A DNA stretch of 64,000 nucleotides. It comes from Octopus vulgaris. Taxonomy: Eukaryota. The DNA lies in contig OX597827.1 in NCBI GenBank assembly GCA_951406725.2, positions 55,242,001 to 55,306,000 on the forward strand, written 5' to 3'. Below, piece after piece: positions 1-11,997 of this stretch; position 1 is the stretch's first letter; each line of letters starts with the position of its first letter. The position numbers and the translations under genes were made by a program. Below the pieces are notes generated by a model. It made no database searches. It saw only the letters and a list, made by a program, of their open reading frames with translations, and had not been told where the DNA came from.

Positions 1-720
1 GACGAAGACAGGTGGAGTAGAAAACAAACAGATGTATTAGTATAACGCTCGGGAATTGAAAAAGTCTTTTACATTTCGAGCCTATACTCATCCACAGAAA
101 GGAACACAGAAAAAAACAGGGAGAGAAACAAGGAGAGAAAAAAAAATGTATGTAGTGGTACCGATCTATCATGGTGACTGCCGGACAGAAGAGCGAAGAA
201 GTAGGGAACACACACGTCCCTGTTGCCTTCCAAACACCAATCACTTTACAGAGTGAAGTATGTACATTTTTCCTGGTACCACCACCACTGAGAATGCCTT
301 GCAAATTGCAAGATTAAAAGGCCAAAAGGGGACTCTAAAACTGAAGAAGAATAGCAAAGAGAGAGGGACAGTGAATGATGATTTTAAGTGATGTGATGAG
401 AGAGGGCGAAGTGTAATGAGAAGAATAGTTTCATAGTTGTAAGAGGGTGATAGTAAGAAGAGGAACAGAGTAGTCACTTTTAGGAAAGGGAGTACTGAAC
501 GAACAAATGAAAGGAAAAGCATTAGTGTCAATGGTTAGTAAGATAGGGATTAAGTGGTAAGGGCAATGAGGAAGGTTGTGAAGAAGGAGCCCAGGACTAC
601 CTCAGCATATAAGGGCAGGTATGAGTGAGGACTTTGTGGGGAAGGGAAGATGAAAAAGAGAAAGTTGAAGAAAATGGTGAAGTTCTAGAGAGAGCAATTG
701 AACACGCACACATCTTACAC
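1..720 (-). mobile_element. Penelope-like element remnant (pLTR plus decayed coding sequence)
   Basis: 1-180 is homologous to 42390-42610 and contains a degenerate type I hammerhead (65-102, minus strand: CUGUGGA-U-gagu-auag-gcuc-GAAAUGUA). The adjacent sequence has only weak PLE-like remnants (FVRS). Confidence 0.55.
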
Positions 721-1081
721 AATAATGGAGAAAGCCACCTATTAACTAGCTTGCTTTATGTAGCTTTTACTAAAAGAAAGCAATTCTTAAAGTCTACATT
801 GTCTAGAAAATTCTTAAAAATTCCAATTTTAGTATATGTTTATTAAAATGTAGTTTTCATGTTTCTTTTATTATTGAAGATTTCAACTAATTTTAATTCA
901 CCATGAGATAGCATATTTTGAAAACTTACACAGTGTGATAGTGTTTTTTAACATTTTACTCCCTTCTCTCTCTTTCCATCCCTTTCTTTATTGCCTCTAT
1001 TTTGATTAGTCTTTTTCTTTCACTATCCCTATGACATTTCCTCTCTCACTGTTATTCTCATCTTAGTATTTTTAACATACT

Positions 1082-1126
<45 letters not shown>

Positions 1127-1755
1127 TATATGTTTACCCTGTATCCTTATGACTTTTCCTCTTTCACTCACAGCCTCAGTTTCTTATCATGCTCTACCTC
1201 TCTTTCTTTCCTCTCTTCCCACTTCTCTCTCCCTCTCTCTTTCTCCCCCTCTCTCAACCATCTCCAACTGTTTTCATTAAAAATAAGTAACTACAAAGCT
1301 TTTCTTGCAAATACTGTGAGAATGTTTGTAAAAATTTTACACTATGTCTATTTATCATCAATATTACACAAAAATTTTTTTTTTTATTTTCATTCAACTA
1401 TACACAAAATGTATAAATCATGTTTCTCTGAATAAATAAGGTCTTGGCCAATTTTCTGTACCAACAGTAATTTTGCATTCATTGTTTGGTAAGACATTGA
1501 TTTTGTTTAACATATTGATTAAAATGCAATAATACACAATTTCTTTTTTATTTAAATGTGAACATTTCTTCCAAAATCAGTAAGGAGAATATTTATGAAC
1601 AACTACTGCAGTCATGGCTGTGTGATTAAGAAACATGCTTTGCAACCATGTAATTTGGGGTTCAGTCCCTTGAGCAAGTCTCTTCTATTATAGCCCCAGA
1701 GCAACCAATGTCTTGTGGTTGAATTTGGTATATAAAAACAGTGATGAAGCCCCTC

Positions 1756-1794
<39 letters not shown>

Positions 1795-1958
1795 TCTTTC
1801 AACACCACTTAACAAGTGTTAGTTTGTTTACATCCCTGTAACTTGGCAGTTTGGCAAAACATACCAATAGAGTAAGTGTTAGACTTCAAAATAAATACTG
1901 TGGTCAATTTGTTCAACTAAACCCTTCAAGATGGTGCCCCTGTATGGTCACAGTTTAA

Positions 1959-2179
1959 CCCTTTCAATACCATATTTATTTTGAGGTTCTCTGTGTTTCT
2001 TTCAATTAATTTTAAATATAATAAGGAATTTAGTAAAATAACTCAGTTATCATTAAGCTAGTGTCAGGAAAATAAATTGTGACTAAGGTTTGGAGAAAAT
2101 TTTAATTCAAAACTTATGAAAACAAGGTATTTGTACTACAGAGCCAGAAGCTGTTTCAGCTGGTTTGGTATCGAAAGGG
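1959..2179. mobile_element. piggyBac-type MITE
   Basis: TTAA at 1955-1958 and 2180-2183. 14-bp TIR ccctttcaatacca / tggtatcgaaaggg with 1 mismatch. Confidence 0.85.
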
Positions 2180-2883
2180 TTAATGATAAATTGCTTTCAA
2201 ACCTGCAACTCCTCTACCCTGATTATAAATTCACCTTTATGTTAATAATCATTGGTGCACTTAGCTATGTTAATAAATGTTTCAGAGAAAATCATGTAAA
2301 GCTATAATTCTCAAATAAAAAAGATGACTGGCTTGCTAATACGCATTTTGCAAATACAATCTGTAAGTGGAGCAGTAAAAATATGCAAAACTTTTCTAAA
2401 TTTATAAGTACAGTTGTGGCTGGGTGGCAGTGGAGCCAAGCTCCTCAATGTCAAAATTTTGCCAACGGCTGATTGGGTGGTGTCAAAAGCGGTTTTGACT
2501 CTGTGGACCCAATCATCCAAGAATCTAGTTCTTCCAGATTTTTTGAGAATGGCCAGTTCTAGGTATCCGGTGATTCTGGAGGGATGCAGCCCCAACCACC
2601 ACCACCAGGTGTCACCTGTGCTCCAGCATGACCATTATCTAATGGCTAAAACAAGTAAATTATAGAAGATAAGAGATAAATTTCAACAAGGACACTTATC
2701 ACTTTTCTTATCAAAATTCCAGAGATGAAGCTTTGTTTCATTGTTCAGAACCAGCCTCTTCCTTGTAAAAAGAATTCAAATAATTAAACACACACACACA
2801 CACACACACAAATGAAGACAACCATGATGATGCAGTAGTCATGACATTATAAACAGTGTCAATTTTGTAAAGGTAAACTTTAC

Positions 2884-3045
2884 TTGGCAGATTTCTTGTT
2901 CGGAGACTGTTTATTTTGTTTCGAGCCCCTCCTGTCTTTGTCTGTCTCAGCGTCAGCATTATCTTCACTGATGCAAACTTCTGTTGTTGCTTTTCTATGC
3001 AGTGGCTGATTCTCAACTTCCAGTTGCAAGTCTGAGAAAAAGTCC
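2884..3045 (-). CDS. ENO4: Enolase-4-like gene, internal coding exon D (162 bp, phase 2-2)
   Basis: Long pyrimidine tract ...ttctcacccgtttcag|G GAC TTT TTC continues exon C in frame (VDTILK-DFFSDLQ...; recalled ENO4 VDHLLRIFF). It then encodes a charged low-complexity insert ending ...PNKKSA. The donor AA|gtaaag is weaker, so the 3' boundary is less certain. Confidence 0.75.
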
Positions 3046-3481
3046 CTGAAACGGGTGAGAAATTAAAAAGAAAACAGGAAAATAAAACAATTGTTTCATA
3101 AGTATACATACCCACCCACAAAAAAAAAGAAGTTAAGAATAATTAACTAAATTATTCAAAGTGCAACAAAATGGTCGCAGTTTAATGACTACAATTAGGT
3201 GTGTGTGTATGAATATACAGATATATACATACCATACATATATATACACACACACAATGCATACATATATATATATATACACACACACAATGCATACATA
3301 TATATATGTACTGTATTTTTTTGTATTTATATTTTTATTTTGTATTTGTAATTTTATTTGTATTTGTATTTTTATTTGTATTGCTTTTACGTGCTTGTCA
3401 CATTTTTTTCTTTTCTTGTTTTTACCCCTCTGCAAAGGAATTTTATTTAATTCTTTTGCAGGAAGGACAGGTTCGACGGGT

Positions 3482-3543
3482 CGTGTTCTGTCCTTACCTT
3501 CGAAACACGCATTGAGTTGAACCAGGGACAGCTGATGAAGGGG
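3482..3543 (+). ncRNA. Putative non-circularly permuted hammerhead ribozyme, copy 1
   Basis: Stem III CGUGU 3482-3486 / ACACG 3505-3509; GUU^ site at 3487/3488; stem I 3488-3495 / 3524-3531; GAAA 3502-3505; CUGAUGA 3532-3538 plus an extra A; stem II 3540-3543 / 3498-3501. Confidence 0.6.
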
Positions 3544-4305
3544 AATATTCCTTGTATTGTTTGTCTTGTACTCTGTTTTTTCGTTGTTAAAAAAAGTCCG
3601 TTTCCTAGTTTGTTTTTATGTTTACGTTTCTCGTTGAGTTCTACGTTTATTTGTGATGTCCTGTACTCATATATATATACATATATATGCATGTATATAT
3701 ACATGTAAATCTAGGTACGTACATATATGTATGTATGTATGCATATATTTTATGTATTAAATTATTGTATGACTGAGCGCCCTCGCGTCGTTTCGTTTTG
3801 TTTCTTTTCTTTTCTCCAAGTAAGTTTTTATATATAATTAAGACGCGAACTCTATAACCCTTTGCTTGACCTTTCCTTCCTTCCTGTCTGTCTTCCTCTT
3901 TGCCTGTCTCTCTATTTCTTATTTTTCATCCTTTCTGGTTTCCTTTCCTCTCTATCTCTCTCTCTCTCACTCCTCATCTCTCTCACTGCCGAGTCAACTA
4001 CCACTTCCTTTCACTCGCAGCTTTCTACAAGTCAACACGACTTTTTCTTGCGCTCTGAATTTTTCCATCGTCTAGGCTTTAAAAAAAAGCCCTCAATGTT
4101 GGTTTCATTGTCCTGTTTTTATTCTTTATGTGTACTGTATTTTATTGTATTTGTATCTTTATTTTGTATTTGTAATTTTATTTGTATTTGTATTTTTATT
4201 TGTATTGCTTTTACGTTCTTGTCACATTTTTTTCTTTTCTTGTTTTTACCCCTCTGCACAGGAATTTTATTTAATGCTTTTGCAGGAAGGACTGTTTCAA
4301 CAGAT

Positions 4306-4367
4306 CGTGTTCTGTCCTTACCTTCGAAACATGCATTGAGTCGAACCAGGGACAGCTGATGAAGAGG
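4306..4367 (+). ncRNA. Putative non-circularly permuted hammerhead ribozyme, copy 2
   Basis: Same motif 824 bp downstream. Core is identical, and the two substitutions within stems keep pairing (C-G to U-G in stem III, G-U to A-U in stem II). Confidence 0.6.
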
Positions 4368-4584
4368 AATATTCCTTGTATTGTTTGTCTTGTACTCTGT
4401 TTTTTCGTTGTTAAAAAAAGTCTGTTTCCTAATTTGTTTTTATGTTTTCGTTTCTCGTTGAGTTCTACGTTTATTTGTGGTGTCCTGTACTCATATATAT
4501 ATACATATATATGCATGTATATATACATGTAGATGTAGGTATGTACATATATGTATGTATGTATGCATATATTTTATTTATTAA

Positions 4585-4636
<52 letters not shown>

Positions 4637-4637
<1 letters not shown>

Positions 4638-6692
4638 CATCACATGATATGGAAGACAACTGGAAGTTTCTACAGGACAACTTGCTGAGAGCCACTGACC
4701 AGATCTGTGGATGGTGCAAAGTCCCCTCTCAACCCAAGGTAACATGGTGGTGGAACAATGTTGTTGACAGGGCTATTAGAGAAAAGAAACAGACTTGGAA
4801 GAACTGGAAGAATGGTGGTAGCAGGGAAATGTACCAGACTGCCAGAGGGGAAGCTAGGAGACAGATTTATTTAGCTAGAGGGGAAGCAGATAAGAAAAAT
4901 TTGCCAATATTCTGCACCGTGAGGACCAAAAATTTGAGCTATTTCGTGTTGCAAGACAGTGTGTGAGAGAGAACCGTGATGTCATAGGAGAGAAATGTGT
5001 CCGTATGGATGATGGTTCACTTGCATTAAACAAGGTTGCAAAGGGAGAGGTTTGGAGATGCCACTATGAAAGGTTGCTAAATAAAGAGAATGAATGGGAG
5101 AAAGAGAGTCAACCAAATGTCAACCCAACAGAGGGAACAGGTATCAAAATTGACAGTACCTTTGTAGATAAAGCAATTAAGGGTATGAAGACAGAGAAAG
5201 CCCCCAGCCCATCAGGAATCATTGCAGAGATGCTTAAAATATCTGGCGGTGTTAGCTATAGTCAAGTCACCCATATAGACTGTCACGTGATACATGAAGG
5301 AGTCATACCCAATGACTAGTGTAGCAGCACCATAGTCAACTGCTACAAAGGTAAAGGTGATGCATTACATACAAATAATTACAGAGGTTTCAAGTTGTTG
5401 GATCAGATAATGAAAGTCATGGAGAGGGTCATAGCCCAACTAATTAGGGAGAGAGTCAGTCTAGATGAGATGCAGTTTGGGTTTGTGCCAGGGAAAAGCA
5501 CCAATGATGCTATATTTCTGGTAAGACAGCTGCAGGAGAAATACCAAGCCAAAGATAAACCTCTGTACCTGGCTTTCATTGATATGGAGAAAGCCTTTGA
5601 CAGGATCCCCCGATCCCTTATCTGGTGGTCAATGCAGAAACTAGTGATAGATGAGTGGTTAGTGAGAGCTGTACAATCCATGTACAGGGATGCTGTCAGT
5701 AAGGTGAGGGTTGGCAATGAGTAAAGTGAAGAATTCCTGGTAGGGGTAGGGGTCCACAAAGGATTAGTCCTCAGCACCCCTCTTAATCATCATAGTCCTC
5801 TAGGCAATAACAGCGGAATTCAAGACAGGATACCCCTGGGAGCTTCATTATGCTGATGACCTTGCTCTAATAGTTAAGTCACTATCAGAAATAGAGGAGA
5901 TGTTTCAGGTGTGGAAGCATGGTCTAGAATCAAAGGGCCTTAGAGTCAATCTAGCAAAAACCAAAGTCTTAATAAGTAGGAAGGCAGGCAAACCACAAAT
6001 CCCTTCAGGTAGATGGCCCTACTCAATCTGTAGAAAAGGTGTAGGAAGAAACTCGATAAGATGTACCTGGTGTTAGCTATGGACACATATGGGGTACAGC
6101 AACATCAAAGGAAGGCTAACTGGGAATATAGTTTTTGTGTGTGGCAAATGCTCAGAGGTAATAAACACTGAAAATGTGCAGAAAACAGCTTCTGTCACAT
6201 TCCAGGGGAAAAACTACAAGTAATTGATAGCTTCCATTACCTAGGTGACCAAGTCAGTAGCGGGGGTGGTTGCTCTGAGAGTGTAGCTGCTAGAATAAGA
6301 ATAGCCTGGGCAAAGTTCAGTGTGCTCCTACTACTGCTGGTGACAAAGGGCCTCTCACTCAGAGTAAAATCTAGACTGTATGATGAATGTGTGCGAATAG
6401 CCATGCTACATGATAGTGAAACATGGGCCGTGACTGCTGAGGACATGCATAAGCTTGCAAGGAATGAAGCTAGTACGCTCCGGTGGATGTGTAATGTCAG
6501 TGTGCATACACAACAGAGTGTAAGCACCCTGAGAGAAAAGTTGCACAAAAGCATCAGATGTAGTGTGCAAGACAGATGACTCCACTAGTATGGTCATGCA
6601 TTGGACAGCCGTGCAAAAAAGTGTCGCACCCTACCAGGAGAGGTAACCTGTGGAAGAGGTAGGCCCAGGAAGACCTGCAATGAGGTGGTGAA
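4637..6692 (+). mobile_element. RTE-clade LINE, 5'-truncated and decayed ORF2 (reverse transcriptase)
   Basis: Fragment ORFs contain TWWWN, KAPSPSGI, QFGFVPGKST, LAFIDMEKAFDRIPR, YADD (5849-5860), SETW and GRGRPRKT, interrupted by stops and frameshifts. Confidence 0.93.
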
Positions 6693-6876
6693 GTATTGTA
6701 TATATATATGTATATGTATGTATCGTGTGTGTGTATATATATATATGTGTGTGTGTGTATGTATGTATATATGTATTGTATATATATATATACACACATA
6801 TATATATATGTATATATATTTATATATATACATATATATACACACACACACACACATATATATATGTATATATATA

Positions 6877-6946
<70 letters not shown>

Positions 6947-6990
6947 TTTGAAGTGATGTACAGATATTGTATATTTAGAATAATAAGGTA

Positions 6991-7036
<46 letters not shown>

Positions 7037-7042
<6 letters not shown>

Positions 7043-7174
7043 GTCATCGCCATACTAATATGGCATTCTTATAAAAATAAGAATAAAGCTGTCCGCTTAT
7101 TAGCTCCATGAGGCCATCGCCTTAAGTTAGCTATTTTTATAAGAATGCCATATTAGTATGGCGATGACTATTAT
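7037..7174. repeat. Perfect 43-bp inverted repeat with 52-nt spacer
   Basis: ataatagtcatcgccatactaatatggcattcttataaaaata (7037-7079) and its reverse complement (7132-7174). Confidence 0.95.
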
Positions 7175-7252
7175 TTTCCGGAAACGCTGCCGTTGTTCTC
7201 TTTTAGAGAGACTTAGTAATTTTAATATTTCTATTATATATATATATATATG

Positions 7253-7317
<65 letters not shown>

Positions 7318-7438
7318 TCATACATACATATATATATACATACATAAATAAGTATATACAATACATATATGCATATACATATATACAATACATATATACG
7401 TATAATCAATACATACATACACACCATACATACAGATA

Positions 7439-8338
7439 TCTCTTCTCTATATATATATAAGAGGCAGTGTGTCTGTCAGGTTGTACCCTCACCCTGACCA
7501 CAGCTTTCAATCGAATCTGATGAAACTTGACACACACATAGCCCAATGTCATAATTCAAAACTAACACAGCGAAAATTTTGAAAAGTTCCCCCAGTTCTG
7601 AAAATAATCGATAAATTCGACATGGGGTCGAGAATCTAAGCTTATCATATGCAACATATTTTCCGTTGTAGTTTTCGCAACTTGCAATCGATTTTTCCCA
7701 AACTCATGGTGAAGCTTAATGTTACCACAAGGAACTTAATTCTTACGTTAGTTTTCCATGCAATACCTTACTATCAGAAAAAATCGATAAAATCATGCCA
7801 TTTTGGGAAATCGCGTTCAAATTCAAGATGACATATTTTCGACAATATCTTTAACAAATTGGCGGGAATTTTTTTTTTAAATTCACAGTGAGCATCATGT
7901 CTGCTCCAGGGAGCTATATGACCCTTTTGATTGCGATAGGATACGTTATTACTGGAAAAAATCGGTTAATTACATCATATGTGGCACACATAGCAAACCA
8001 ATTTTTCTGCGATATTTTTTGAAAGTTCACATAGATTTTCCCTACACCGATGTTGGACATCAAGTTTGCATTAAATGTCGGATTTCAGGCGATTTAGTCG
8101 ATTTTTGCCGCTTTTATCATAAAGGTTACTAGAAATGGCATATGTTTTCCTTTTACTTCAAATCCAAACAATGTTGGGCTGTAGTCATGCATGCAAGGGA
8201 ACGGTGCCTTGAATGCCTTTTAGGCTTCATTTTACAAAATAACGGTTCAATGAGTACAAAAAAGGGCAAAAAGGTAAAAGGCATTGCTTATTGACAAAGT
8301 TTCTTACATACCCGGGCAATGCTGGGCTATGCTGCTAG
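7439..8338 (+). mobile_element. Non-autonomous Helitron
   Basis: Starts A|TC(tcttctctatatata...), ends with subterminal hairpin cccgggcaatgctggg (8311-8326) and CTAG|T (8335-8338). CpG-richer than its flanks. Confidence 0.75.
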
Positions 8339-8830
8339 TATATATATATATATATATATATAGATATATTTACAGTACATACATATATACAATATATACA
8401 CATAGATATATACAATACATACATACCATACATACATATATATATATATATATACATACACAATACATACATGCCATACATACATATACAATACATACAT
8501 ATCATACATACATATACCATACATACATATACAATACATACATACATATACCATAGATACATATACAATACATACATACCATAAATACATATGCAATAAA
8601 TACATACATACATACATACATACATATAATACGTATATATACAATACATACATATGCATACATATGCATCCATTCATATAGAGAAGGACTACGTATATAT
8701 TCATGAAGAGGGATTAGGACAAATGTAAATTTTCTTTTCTAGTCAAACTTCAGTAAATATTTTTGATAATAAAACTAAGGTTGGAACACTATGGTATGCA
8801 CTAGATTGTTGATGTAATACAAGGACTTAC

Positions 8831-9027
8831 TTTAATATTGTGTCAACATCAAATTGACCATCAGTTGGGTTCAGGCCATTCAGCTTTGTATTTAATTCTC
8901 CATTGATGTAAGTAATTGCTTGCTCAATTGAATTTTCTCTTTCAATATCTTCAGTCTCAATCTCAGATTGTTTGGACGTGTTCCAGATCTGGCTACTGAA
9001 ACTACTTGTCATTACTGATGTAACAAG
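8831..9027 (-). CDS. ENO4: Enolase-4-like gene, internal coding exon C (197 bp, phase 0-2)
   Basis: ttttttgtttttgttatcag|CTTGTT...ATATTAAA|gtaagt. Encodes LVTSVMTSS...SIEQAITYINGELNTKLNGLNPTDGQFDVDTILK, the enolase N-domain helix pattern (A...IN..L...L.G..P.DQ..VD..L). Lies within ORF 8827..9066. Confidence 0.9.
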
Positions 9028-9189
9028 CTGATAACAAAAACAAAAAACAGGTTTGTAAGTAGTCACTGAAGTAGAATATTATGAGGAAATGGTAAAAACA
9101 GCAAACCTACAAAAATGACATTGCTTCCCAAATTCTTTGTGTTCAAGGTAACTCAAGAAAAATAATGTCCATTTGTGAAGAAATCAATC

Positions 9190-9668
9190 TTTTTCTTCTT
9201 TCAGTCATAAGACTGTGGCCATACTGGGGTACTGCTTTGAAGGATTTTACTCAATTGAATAGCCATAGTACCTAGTTATTCTTCTTTTTAAGCCTGGTAC
9301 TGATTCCACTGGTTTCTTTTGACAAACCACTAAGTTACAGGGATGTAAACACACCAAGACTGTTTATCAAGCGGTTGCTGGGGGAGAAACACAGACAGAA
9401 ATATGCACACATACACACATATTTCAGGCTTCTTTCAGTTTCCACCTATCAAATCCACTCACAAGGCTTTGGTCAGTGCAAGGGTGTAGTAGAAGACACA
9501 CACACACAATAGGCTTCTCTTCAGTTTTTGTCTACCAAATCCACTCACAAGGCTTTGGTTGGCCTGAGGCGATAGTAGGAAACACTTGCTCAAGGTGCCA
9601 TGCAGTGGGAATGAAACTGGAACCATGTGGTTGAGAAGCAAGCTTCTTACCACTCAGCCACTCCTGCA
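9190..9668 (-). mobile_element. SINE family 1, diverged
   Basis: caaatccactcacaaggctttgg (twice) and ggaaccatgtggttg. Further diverged or partial copies lie at about 1607-1955(+), 10120-10470(+), 10990-11140(+), 14802-14960(+), 17652-17852(-), 37010-37150(-), 46740-46912(+), 54600-54740(-), 55570-56015(-), 56570-56732(-) and 59850-60160(-). Confidence 0.8.
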
Positions 9669-11529
9669 GCTAAATTAAGAAAGGTAAAAATGAAATGGCT
9701 GACTGGGTAAGCTACAAGACTCTCAAGTCATAGGTTGTTGTCTCATAACAGCTTTTGAAGTTAAACACTTAGTCCCACTTGCTAAAGCTTCTTGACTATT
9801 TTAAGAAATCTTTATTTCAAGTTGAAGATAATTAAACTTTGTGTAGTTAGTTGGCATTGTCTTAAGGAAAAAAGAAAATTTGCCATCCATCAAATATTGC
9901 ATTTTTTTCATTTCTTGACAGGAAAATTAACTTAAGAATGCTTATTGATTATTATTATTTTTTTTTTTTTTGTAAAAAAATATTCCATAGAATACTGCAG
10001 TTTTTGTACTGTTGTTCATTCTTTGTTTTATCATTTTTCAAAGATTATTTGGCAAATTCTATGCGAAGCAGTAAAAAAATAATGTAAGGTAATTAGAACA
10101 GAAGAAAGAAAGTGGCACATGCACAGGTGTAACTGTGTCATAAGAAGTTTGCGTTCCAACAGCATGGTTACAGTTCCAGGTTCAGTTCTGCAGTATGGCA
10201 CCTTGCAAAAGCTGCGAGTAGAATTGGTAGACAGAAACTGAAAGTAATTCATTGTGTGTGTAGATGTGTGTGTGTGTCCCTGCACCACTGCTTGGCAACC
10301 AGTGTTAGTTTGTTTGCAGCCCTGTAACTTAACAGTTTGGCAAAAACAGCCCGATAGACCAAATACCAGGCTTAAAAATTAAGTCCTGGGGTCAATTTGT
10401 TTGACTAAACCCTTGAAGGTAATGCCCTAGCATGGCCCCAGCATAACTGAAACAAGTAAAAGATAAATAAAATAAATTTCTTAACTAACAGGGGAGATAT
10501 TTATCAAGTTCATATTTTTCAGCAGCTGTTATCCATAACTGGAGTTACATACTTGTAATACATATAATATATAATCCTTGTCTAAATTTCAATGTTGGAA
10601 TGATAAATATTCAGCTTTCACTTATGATTATCTAAAAAGTATAGTAATTTCTCACAGTAATATATTGTTTAAAATATGCTAATTTTCATGCCAACTCAAT
10701 ACAAAGCTGTATATCTAGTTAGAGATTCTCTCCTCATCTCTACTGTAAAAAGTATGATGACATCCATGCTTACAGAGGAAGTTAGCATAAAAACCAAAAC
10801 ATGTTTTCCATACTTGCCAAGATAATTAAAATATTAGCTTCTGGTAAATTTTTGTGCTTCAAACGATATCATTTCAAGCCATTGTTTTAAAATTTGTTTG
10901 ATTTTGTAGAAAGAATGTGACTCAGGCCATTATCAATTAACATACAGATTAATTGGTTGAGGATGGTCACACAATGAGGTATTATTTTGGAGACATTGCT
11001 GTACTGTTAAGAAATTTGCTTCCCAACCACATGGTTGTGGGTTCATTCCCACTGCATAGCCCTTTGGGCAAATGTCTTCTATTATAACCTTGAGCCAACC
11101 AAAGCCTTGTGAATGGATTTGACAGATGGAAACTGCATGTGTGTGTGTGTAAGTGTGAGTGTGTGTATGTTTGCATTTCCTTGTCTTGACATTGCAGGAT
11201 TGCTATACGATGAATGTAGTTCATTTCTGATATTCTGTGTAAACATGTCTAGCCATTGGAGGATATTATCTTGCTTAGAAATAGGTAACAGGAAGGGCAT
11301 CCAACAAGAGAAAATCTGACTCAATAAACTCTGTGCAACCCATACAAACATGGCAGATCAGGTGTTAAAATGATGATGTTGATGATGATGATGAAACATA
11401 CACACACACACATCTTTATTTAGGACCGCTGAGCCATGTTGGATTTGTAACGCTTTTCTTCAACCCCTTTAATCCTCTATATCATTTGTATTCTGTGTAA
11501 GTTGGACTTTTTTTTGTATGCAAACATAT

Positions 11530-11729
11530 ACTCTTTTACTCTTTTACTTGTTTCAGTCAGTTGACTGTAGCCATCCTGGAGCACCACCTTTAGTTGAGCA
11601 AATTGGCCCCAGGACATATTCTTTGTAAGCCTAGTACTTATTCTATCGGTCTCTTTTGCAGAACCGCTAAATATGGGGACGTAAACATACCAGCATCGGT
11701 TGTCAAGCGATGTTGGGGGGACAAACATA

Positions 11730-11817
<88 letters not shown>

Positions 11818-11997
11818 CACATATTTGATGAGCTTCTTTCAGTTTCTGTCTACCAAATACACTAACAAGGCTTTGGTCGGCCCGAGGCTATAGTAGAAGA
11901 CACTTGCCCAAGCTGCTACACAGTGGGACTGAACCCGGAACCATGTGGTTGTTAAGCAAGCTACTTACAACACAGCCACTCCTATGCCTACGCCTAT
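11530..11997 (-). mobile_element. SINE family 1, full-length
   Basis: Homologous to 43154-43563, with an internal (CA)n tract. Confidence 0.88.

Larger units (their letters stand above)
3306..4590 (+). mobile_element. T-rich direct repeat (about 465-bp arms, 824-bp period); Penelope pLTR-like or retrozyme-like non-autonomous element
   Basis: About 3306-3770 is repeated at about 4130-4590 with scattered substitutions. Each arm carries the hammerhead-like motif. No credible protein is encoded. Confidence 0.55.

Noticed and set aside
2738-3121. ORF-track protein of 127 aa over exon D
   Set aside because: Wrong frame. The phase inherited from exon C gives DFFSDLQ... instead.
3161-4359. Hydrophobic ORFs repeated twice (membrane-protein-like)
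   Set aside because: They are by-products of the T-rich repeat. Frames and ends differ between copies and there is no domain signal.
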